Source: Anaeramoeba ignava BMAN | Taxonomy: Eukaryota > Protista > Anaeramoebae | Assembly: GCA_028826165.1 (NCBI GenBank) | Contig: JAPDFW010000011.1 | Coordinates: 780,101-844,100, forward strand | Length of the DNA: 64,000 bases | Direction: 5' to 3' | Part shown: piece by piece, positions 55,101 through 64,000 of the stretch | How the letters are laid out: every line of letters starts with the position of its first letter | How positions within the stretch are numbered: the stretch's first letter is position 1 | Position numbers and translations under genes: made by a program | Notes under the pieces: model-generated | What the model saw: only the letters and a program-made list of their open reading frames with translations | The model's database searches: none | Told to the model about the DNA's origin: nothing

Positions 55101-57357
55101 GCTTAGCTTTGCCTGACATATTCCCATTTGAAAACGACCCGATAAACTTTGCACCCTTGCGAAAAAGAAAAACACCATTTCCGTTAGGTAAATTATCCTT
55201 AAATTCAGCTTCAACAGAATCTCCAGTAATATAACTCATTTTGCCCTTGCCAACAGCCTTCCCATCCTCAAACTCAGAAACAAGCACTGAGCCATTTGGA
55301 TACAGAATCTCTCCGTGACCTTTGAGAACACCTTCTGTCAAAGAACCTTTCAAAATGACTTTTGAACTGAGACAAAATTCCCCGGTTCGTGTCTCAATAG
55401 ACTTGGTTCCTAGCCGCTTCTCAATGGCTTCAGTGATCTGTTGAACCCAATCCGTCGAGTTCTTTGCCGCCACAGTCATTCTGAGTTCGGGAGTGATGAT
55501 CTCAAATTGGTTCAAATTGAGATGCTTTGAATTTTGGGAATTGAAATTTTTGTCGCATTTGATCCACACAGAATTGAGAGGGATCACGTTATCAATCTTG
55601 AATCGTCGTGTACTGTCGACTTCGGAATAAGTGCTTTGAGATCTTTGTTTGATTGATTTTATTCCACTTTTGATTTTCTTTGTGTTTGCCTCAATTGAAT
55701 CTTTGACAGGCAGTGTTGTATCTTGTTTGATAAGAAAACCCCAAGCAATGATCTCAGTGAAAAGAAACAAATAAATGCATGAATCAGCTGTGTCTGTGTT
55801 TTTTGTGTATTTCTTCATTCTTCCCATTCCTTCCTTCAAAAGTGTGTGTCCTTTGAAAAGCTTTATATCCGGTTCTAGAAGCTTTGTTATCAGGATTCTT
55901 TCTTGCGATGTATCCTGACAAAGTCGGTTGAATTGCTCGCTAAATTGATTTAATACTTCATAGTCTCGAAAACTTTTTTTTGTGTTTTCAACTAATGTCG
56001 CTATGATTCTGTTCAGCTCTTCGTGGAAATTTAACGGAAGCTTCAAACCCTCTGGAAAATTCAATTTTTCTTTTTTCACAAGTTTCTTGATTACGGAATT
56101 TGTCGTTTTTTGGGATGTTAGTCTGCTGTATATCTCAAGTGACTTGACAATTTCATCTGAATTTTGTTTGTGAAGTGATGCTAATTTTTCGAATGAATCT
56201 AAAAAAATATCTCCTATTGTTTGTTGGAAATGCCAGTTTCTTTTCCGATATTGTAGCTTTTTGAAAAGTGTTTCATGAAGCGATAAAATTTGTTCGAAAT
56301 TCGAAAACATTTCCAAGTCTTTTTCTTGAAAAATATCGCTATTGATTTTCAATGTTGAAATGGCAATCGAACTGAAATTTTTAAATTTGTTCATACTCAT
56401 ATCATAAAAAGAGAAAAGATCATCGATAATTTGTGTTCTTAATGTTGTTGGTCCTTTTGCATTTATTCCTTTGCTTACATTCTCAATATCTTGTTGGAAT
56501 GATGTAAATAATGGTGAATAAATGAACTTTGGTAGTATTTCTTCAAATAGTTTTTTTTCAAGTTGTTTTGCTGTTTCATCATAGGTTTCTTTTGTGTATC
56601 CTTGTTTTTCGATTTTTTCAAGAAGTGGTTGTGAAATTTTTTTGTCTATGCTACCCTTTTCTGCTAATATCTTTATCAATTTTAATTTTAATTTTAATTT
56701 ATAAATGAATTTTAAATGAATTTTAATTTTAAATGAATTTTAAATGAATTTTAATTTTAATTTTAATTTAATTTTAATTTGAATTTTAATTTTATAAATG
56801 AATTTTATTTTTACTTGATTGATTTAATTTTAATTTAATTTTAATTTTATTAAAATCTTCTAATTTAATTTTAAATATTCTTATTTTAATTCATATATTT
56901 TTCCCAAAAAATCCAAATAGAATAACAAATATCATCTTGAATAAATTCTTCAAAATAAATTTTCTTCAAATCATCTGCAAAAATTTCTTTTAAATTTGCA
57001 TTTTTTTTCATAAATTCAAATCTTTTAGTTTTTTCTTCACTTGTTAAAATAACTTCTCTTTCTTGAATTTGAATTTCTTTTTTAGGAGAAGTTTCTTTTG
57101 AATTTTGCTTTTTAATTTTTTTAGAAAGGAATTTTTTCAAAGAGAATTTCTTTTTTCCTTTTTATTATTTAATTTAAATTAATTTTAAATTTTGTTTTTG
57201 TATTGAATTTAATTATTGGAAAAAGGAAATTGATCATTTTTTTTAATTTAAAAAAAAAAAGAAAAATTAAAGAAAGAAAAAAAAATTTTTTTTTTGTAAA
57301 AATTTTTTAAAAAAGGAATTCTTATAAAAATTAATTACTTGGTGATTGATTAGACAT
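52109..57357 (-). CDS. RGS-like + RhoGEF(DH)-like + PH + MORN-repeat protein; exons 57357-57339, 57157-~56815 (3' end unresolved), ~56671-54844, 54218-54031, 53915-53714, 52321-52109
   Basis: RGS-like LKEIFAD..YFEEFI..IFWE..EEILPKFIYSPLF. DH-like MFSNFEQILSLHETLF..IGDIFL. PH-like YLFLFTE..FEIITPE..WVQQI. Many MORN repeats (YEGEFLNDLFEGKG; YKGSWRNDRREGHG; YEGEWKNGMRSGRG). All 3' introns are GT-AG and frame-consistent. Confidence 0.8.
52340..53710. repeat. Intronic ~14-bp repeat ATATTGAATATTTT
   Basis: Degenerate tandem copies fill intron 52322-53713. Confidence 0.92.
54230..54836. repeat. Intronic 12-bp repeat AAAATTATTATT
   Basis: Tandem copies fill intron 54219-54843. Confidence 0.92.
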
Positions 57358-57624
57358 TTAAAATTCAAGATTAATAGAAAAATCAAAATAAAAATTTAAA
57401 TAAAAATAATTAAAAAGAAAGAAATTAAAAAAAAAAAATGAATTTTAAATTTTCGTTTTTTTTTTTTTTAAATTAAAAATTAAAAAAAAAAAATGGAAAA
57501 AAAAAAGAAAATTAATCAAAATTTTTTAATCAAAAAATGATCAAAAATGGAAAAAATAATTTAAAGTAAATTTTTAACTTTATGATTTATTTAATTTTAT
57601 TGATTTATTTTATTTTATTTTGTT

Positions 57625-60600
57625 TTATTTCATTAAAACATTCATTCGATTTAAATCAGTTAAAATTTCATTTGGAATTTTAATTGGAATTCTAATTGCA
57701 AAAATAGGAAGACATTTTGCTTTTTCTCTAAGAGATTGAACCATCTTTTTTTTTAAATTTAAAGAATTGAAAAATTTTTGAATTGAAAAATTTTAAATTG
57801 AAAAATTTTAAATTGAAAAATTTTAAATTAAAAACCTTAATTTCTCCTGCTTCTTGAAAAAATAAAAACATTTTATAGATAATTGTCATAAGAGTTAATA
57901 AAACTTCAGGCAAACAACTAAATATAGATTCATGGTAACCAGTAATTTCTTGAAGTAAATAAGTAAGTTGATTTAAATGTGTAGGAATAAATTGTAAATC
58001 TTCAAGTAACTAAAAAAATTAAAATTTCAAATGTAATAAATTTAATAAATATTTTAGATATTTTCAATCAAAAATAATTCTTTTTTATACTTGTAAAGCT
58101 TTTCCATATTCTCCATTAAAATAAAATTCAAAAAAATCAACTAAATTCAAAAGCAATTTAAAGCTTTTCTTCATTTTCTCATCAATTTGAAACTTTTTAT
58201 CTTTTGGATTCTGAATATTATAATAAGAATCAATAATTCTTGCAAACAAAAATATAGAATCAAGCTTTTCGGGCTTTTTGCCACTTAATTCAAGACTAAG
58301 ATATTTGATAAGCATCTCAACAACTCGATGATAATTTCTTGCTCGATGAAATAATATAATTGATTCAATAATTTTCCCTTGATTTTCTAAATTAAAAGCA
58401 CAATTTTCCATAATTTTCATGATACTTTCTTCATTTATCAAAAACATATCATGAAGAATGTTTGATTTGAAATCAAATTCTTGAAAGGAACTTTCCAAAT
58501 TTTGTTCTGAAAACGAAAAAGACCCAAAAATTTGCTCCATATTCGCGACTTGTTGAAGTATTTCATTTAATCCTCTTTGTCTTAGATTTGGATCTTGAAT
58601 CAGGATTAAATAATTCAAAGCTTGTTTTAAATTTTCAGATGGAAATTTCTGAATATAATAATAGATCATTGAATCCATTTTTAGCAAAACATTTTCATCA
58701 ATAATTTCAATTGATTTTGACTGAGAGAATTGAGATTTTGGAGTTTTGTTTTTATTTGGAGTGATAAAGCTCATAAACTTTTTAGCGCTTCCAAATTTTT
58801 TTGAAAATGTAAGATTTCCTGGTGTTGATAGTGTGTGTTTTTGTGTTGATTTTTTCTCTGATTTTGTAAGAATTAAATTGTAATAATTTAATGCGATTGC
58901 AAAATGTATTGCTTCAGTTTCATATTGAAATTTTGAATATAAATAGGCGATTGCGTATTCAAATTGAAGCGTTAAAATTAAAATTCTAAAGTATTTAAAT
59001 GGACTTCCTCCTTCATTGATAAAATGTGATTCTCCAAGTTCTTGAATTGTTTCTTGTATTTGTGATAAGCTAATTCTTGCTCGCCCGCTTTTTTCTTGTT
59101 GATGAAGGATAAATAACTTTAAATTTTTGAATTTTAATTATAAATTTTAAATGAAATGAAATGAAATGAAATGAAATGAAATAAAATTAAATTATATACT
59201 TTATACCAAATCCAATCTTCAATGTTATTTAAAATACTAATTTTATAAACTTCTGTTCCACATAAAATATTGTAAATTGCCTGTTTATAAGGATCATTTG
59301 ATTTTGATAAATTTTTGTATTTTGGTAATGAATTTTGATTTTTGTGTTCATTAGATCTATAAAGAAAAACATAGAATATATTTTTGTAAATTTGAATATG
59401 AATATGAATTTGAATTTTTCATATAAATACATATTAGTTAATAATTGACCAATTTTTTCAATTTCTTTTGTAGTTTGGCTTAAAGAATTAATAATCCTAT
59501 TAATAGAGGAATAATTTCCAGTTCTTAAACATAAATAGATTTGAGGCCATAAAGGAAAATCATCAATAATATCAGAAAGAGAAGAATCCCATTGGTTATC
59601 TTCATGATTAAAAAGTTTTTTATGACAAAAAATTTTCAACATCATTTCAAAAGGAATTTGTGAATCATTATCAGTAATGTTGGAATAATAAGGAACATTT
59701 GAAGATAAAGACACTAAATATTGGATATATTGTTGTTCAAGATAAAGTCTTGAAATTTGAGCAAGTTTTTCCAAATTATTTTTTGATTTTTCTTTTGGAT
59801 TTTTTGGATCTTTTGAATCTGATAAAATCAATCCATTTGAAATTAAAAAATCACACATTTTCCAAATATCTTCAATTTCACGTGAAGTATTCATCTGTTT
59901 GCTCTTTTTTTTCATTTTGAAAGATGAATTTTGTGTTGCTTTTATCATCATTTGAACGATATCAATTTTTTTCGCTGTTTTTTCTTTTCCTTTTTCTATT
60001 TCATTCATTTTTTCAACTACTTGTGAATATTCTATCATTTGTGATGAGAGTTTTAATTTATTGGTATTCTTTTTTTGTGTATTATTGGAAGTGTTGAGTT
60101 GTTCTGTTTCAAGATAAATTGGAGAATCGATGAAGGTTTTTGAATTTTCTTGGAAATTTGTCTTTTACAAAATTTTAATTTTAATTTTAAATTAATTTTA
60201 TAATTAATTTTATAAATAATTTTATAATTAATTTTATAATTAATTTAATAATTAATTTTATAATGAATTTTATAATTAATTTTATAAATTAATTTTATAT
60301 TTAATTTTATAAATAATTTTATAATTAATTTTATATTTAATTTTATAATTAATTTTTAATTAATTTTTTAAAAAATTTTATAAATTAATTTTATAAATAA
60401 TTTTATATTTAATTATAAATAATTTTTATAAATAATTTTATAAATAATTTTATAAATTAATTTTATAAATAATTTTATAATTAATTTTATAAATAATTTT
60501 ATAATTAATTTTATAAATAATTTTATAATTAATTTTATAAATAATTTTATAATTAATTTTATAAATAAATTTTATATTTAATTTTATAAATAATTTTATA

Positions 60601-62543
60601 AATAATTTTTTATAAATAATTTTATAAAATAATTTTTTTATAATTAATTTTATAAATAATTTTTATAATTTAATTTTATAATTAATTTTATAATTAATTT
60701 TATAAATAATTTTATAAATAATTTTATAAATAATTTTATAATTAATTTTATATAATTAATTTTATAAATAATTTTATAAATAATTTTATAAATAAATTTT
60801 TATTTTATAATTAATTTTATAATTATTTTTATAAATTTTTATAATTAATTTTATAAATAATTTTATAAATAATTTTATAATTAATTTTTATAAATAATTT
60901 TTATAAATAATTTTATAATTAATTTTATAAATAATTTAATTTTATAAATAATAATTTTATAATTAATTTTATAAAATGAATTTTATAAAATAATTTTTTA
61001 TAAATAATTTTATAAATAATTTTTATAAATAATTTTTAAATAATTTTATAAATAATTTTATATTTAATTTATATATTTAATTTTATAATTAATTTTTATA
61101 TTTAATTTTATAAATAAATTTTATAAATAATTTTATAAATAATTTTATAAATAATTTTATAAATAATTTTATAAATAATTTTATATTTAATTTTTATAAA
61201 TTAATTTTATAATTAATTTTTATAATTAATTTTATATATAATTTTATAAATAATTTTATAAATAATTTTATAAAATAAATTTATAAATAATTTTATATAT
61301 AATTTTATAATTAATTTTATAAATAATTTTATAAATAATTTTATAAATAATTTTATAAATAATTTTATAATTAATTTTATAAATAATTTTATAATTAATT
61401 TTATAAATAATTTTATAAATAATTTTATAATTAATTTTATAATTAATTTTATAAATAATTTTATAAATAATTTTATAAATAATTTTTAAATAATTTTAAT
61501 TTTAAAATTAATTTTATATTTAATTTTATATTTAATTTTATAAATGAATTTTATAAATAATTTAATAATTAATTTTATATATAATTTTATAAATAATTTT
61601 ATATTTATTTTTATAATTAATTTTTATATTTAATTTTATAAATGTATTTTTATATTTAATTTTATAATTAATTTTATAAATAATTTTTATATTTTTTAAT
61701 TTTATATTTAATTTTTATATATGAATTTTATATTTAATTTTTATAAATAATTTTATATTTAATTTTATAAATAATTTTATAATTAATTTTATAATTAATT
61801 TTATATTTAATTTTATAATTAATTTTATATTTAATTTTATAATTAATTTTATAATTAATTTTATAATTAATTTTATATATAATTTTATAATTAATTTTAT
61901 AATTAATTTTATAAATAATTTTATAATTAATTTTATAATTAATTTTATAATTAATTTTATAAATAATTTTATAAATAATTTTATAATTTTATAAATTTTT
62001 ATAATTAATTTTAAATTAATTTTTAATTTGAATCCTCACTTGCTCATTATCAAATGATTGATTTTGATTAAGCGTATTTGAAAGATGATTAATTATCATT
62101 GGATCTAAATTTGAAGAAATAATTTCATTCCATTCATTTTGAGATTTTTGTGACAAACGATTTTTGACTAAATTTGTTGTTTCTTTTTTAACATCTTGAT
62201 TAACAGAAAAAATCAAATCAAGATGTAAAAAATTCAAATATTCTTCAAAAGTAAAAGAAGAATTAGTTTCATTTCTTCCATTTTGTGCACTTCTTTGTTG
62301 CAAATATTGCAACTTTCTATTCATCCTTTCTTGATCAAATTCTTCAGGAAGAAGTCCATATGCTTTTGCTTTAATTGCTTTTTGCGTTAATGTTTGTTCC
62401 TCAAAATGTACTCTTTGATTTTTCTTCTCTATTTCAACACTTTGATGATGTGTTTGATTTATAAAACGATCAACAAATGGAACTGTTTGATTTATTCCAA
62501 GATTTAATTTTTCTGCTTGATTTAAAAGATTTCCAAAATCCAT
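57625..62543 (-). CDS. NUP93: Nucleoporin Nup93/Nic96; exons 62543-62040, 60161-59431, 59356-59200, 59116-58091, 58009-57836, 57744-57625
   Basis: MDFGNLLNQAEKL; SRLYLEQQY; PLWPQIYLCLRTG; DPYKQAIYNIL; IEDWIWYK; YFRILILTLQFEYAIAYL..EAIHFAIAL; CLPEVLLTLM. Introns are GT-AG and in frame. Confidence 0.9.
60170..62020. repeat. Intronic 12-bp repeat AATTTTATAA(AT/TT) in NUP93 intron 1
   Basis: About 1.85 kb of tandem copies. Confidence 0.94.
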
Positions 62544-62881
62544 TATAAATTTTCTTTAAAAACCGTTTTTTTTTTATAAATGAAAAAAAAATAAAAAAAT
62601 GAAAAAATGAAAAAATGAATTTAAAAAAAAAATTATTTTTTGTTTTAAAAATGAAAAATGAAAAGAAATTTAAACTTATTTTAAGAATGAATAATTTTTG
62701 GTAATGTATTTGTTTGTTAGACTGATTTCGAAACCAAGTCTTGACACAAAAAAAAAAAAAAGGAAAAAAGGAAAGAAAAGAAAGGAAAAAAAACGGTAAA
62801 AGAAAAAAAAGTCAAAAAAAAAAAGGAGATCAAATTGATTGAAAAAAAAAAAATTTTTTTTTGCGAATTATTTTTTTTTCC

Positions 62882-64000
62882 CTAATTATCCTGATCCATA
62901 TCTTGGTCGTCATCTTGGTCGCCTTTATCATCATGATCTTGATCATTTTGGTCATCAGGAGGATGAATAGGGTCTTGATGATGTTGAGGTTCTGGTTGTT
63001 CCTGTTCATCAGCACCCCAACTGAACAATAAATTTGCGGCCAAAGCCTCATTTCTGTCGCAAGCTAACCAAGCTTGTAAAACAGTTGTTCTATCGAAACC
63101 CAAGCCAACAAGTCTTTCAATCTGTTCTTTTTCTTCTTGGGTTACTTGGATAGTATGTTGTCTTTGAGGTCCTTGATTTGGATCTTGATCATCGCCTCCA
63201 AATTGTGGACCATCATCTCCATCGTCAGAAAGTAATTGTATAAATTCTTGTGGATGTTGTGCAATATATTGTACTAAATCTGGGTTTGTTTGACTTAATT
63301 GTGCTAATACTGTTTGGAGTAATGCTGGATTTTCTCGAATTCTTCGTTTGAATTCTTGGAATTGTGGAAGTGATCTTAATGTTTGTAAAGGATTTGTTGT
63401 ATCGTCTTCGTCTCCTCCACCAAAGAGATTAACACCACCACCATCTATTAATTAAAATTATTTATAAATTTAAAATTAAAATTATTTATAAATTTAAAAT
63501 TAAATTTAAAATTATTTATAAAATTAAAATTAAAATTATTTATAAATTTAAAATTAAAATTATTTATAAATTTAAAATTAAAATTTTTATAAATTTAAAA
63601 TTAGAATTATTTATAAATTTAAAATTAAAATTATTTATAAATTTAAAATTATTTATAAATTAAAATTAAAATTATTTATAAATTTAAAATTAAAATTAAA
63701 ATTATTTATAAATTTAAAATTATAATTATTTATAAATTTAAAATTATTTATAAATTTAAAATTATAATTATTTATAAAATTAAAATTATTTATAAATTTA
63801 AAATTATTTATAAATTTAAAATTAAAATTATTTATAAAATTAAAATTAAAAATTATTTTATAAAATTAAAATTATTTATAAATTTTAAAATTATTTTATA
63901 AATTTAAAAATTAAAATTATTTATAAATTTAAAAATTAAAATTATTTATAAAATTATTTATAAATTTAAAAATAAAAATTTTACGTGTGTGCTGGATTTA
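62882..64000 (-). CDS. RAD23: RAD23 ubiquitin shuttle, 3' part; last exon 63444-62882, previous exon >64000-63985
   Basis: XPC-binding domain PLQTLRSLPQFQEFKRRIRENPALLQTVLAQLSQTNPDL..HPQEFIQLL, followed by UBA2 IQVTQEEKEQIERLVGLGFDRTTVLQAWLACDRNEALAANLLF. Confidence 0.93.
63450..63980. repeat. Intronic repeat AAAATTATTTATAAATTT(AAAATT) in RAD23
   Basis: Tandem copies fill intron 63445-63984. Confidence 0.92.

Overview
Extremely AT-rich (GC very low outside exons) eukaryotic genomic DNA from an intron-containing protist. The standard genetic code and GT-AG introns fit every gene I could splice by hand. The style (N/Q low-complexity coding tracts, AT satellites in introns) resembles some amoeboid or anaerobic protists such as Anaeramoeba, but I cannot establish the organism. 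About 17 genes are present. In order: an ankyrin protein (partial), a PQ-loop transporter, VPS28 with a long Q/N/G/Y-rich N-extension, a 6-exon Ras-family GTPase missed by the ORF track, an ankyrin/BACK-like protein, a divergent Sec24, PP2A B55, and a WIPI/Atg18 PROPPIN. Then come five tandem SLC12A9/Vhc1-like cation-chloride cotransporters, a ~2300-aa PH-Ubl-PH-gelsolin-headpiece protein, an RGS-DH-PH-MORN protein, Nup93 and RAD23 (partial). The dominant unexplained structure is that most long introns, and some spacers, are filled by their own AT-rich tandem repeat. The five SLC12 paralogues show these arrays expanding independently in homologous introns. The repeat units largely avoid sense-strand AG/GT, sometimes copy the splice site itself, and share a dispersed 17-bp motif. 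Several frameshifts sit in homopolymer or repeat tracts and may be assembly errors. No rRNA, tRNA, CRISPR, transposase or intein was recognised.
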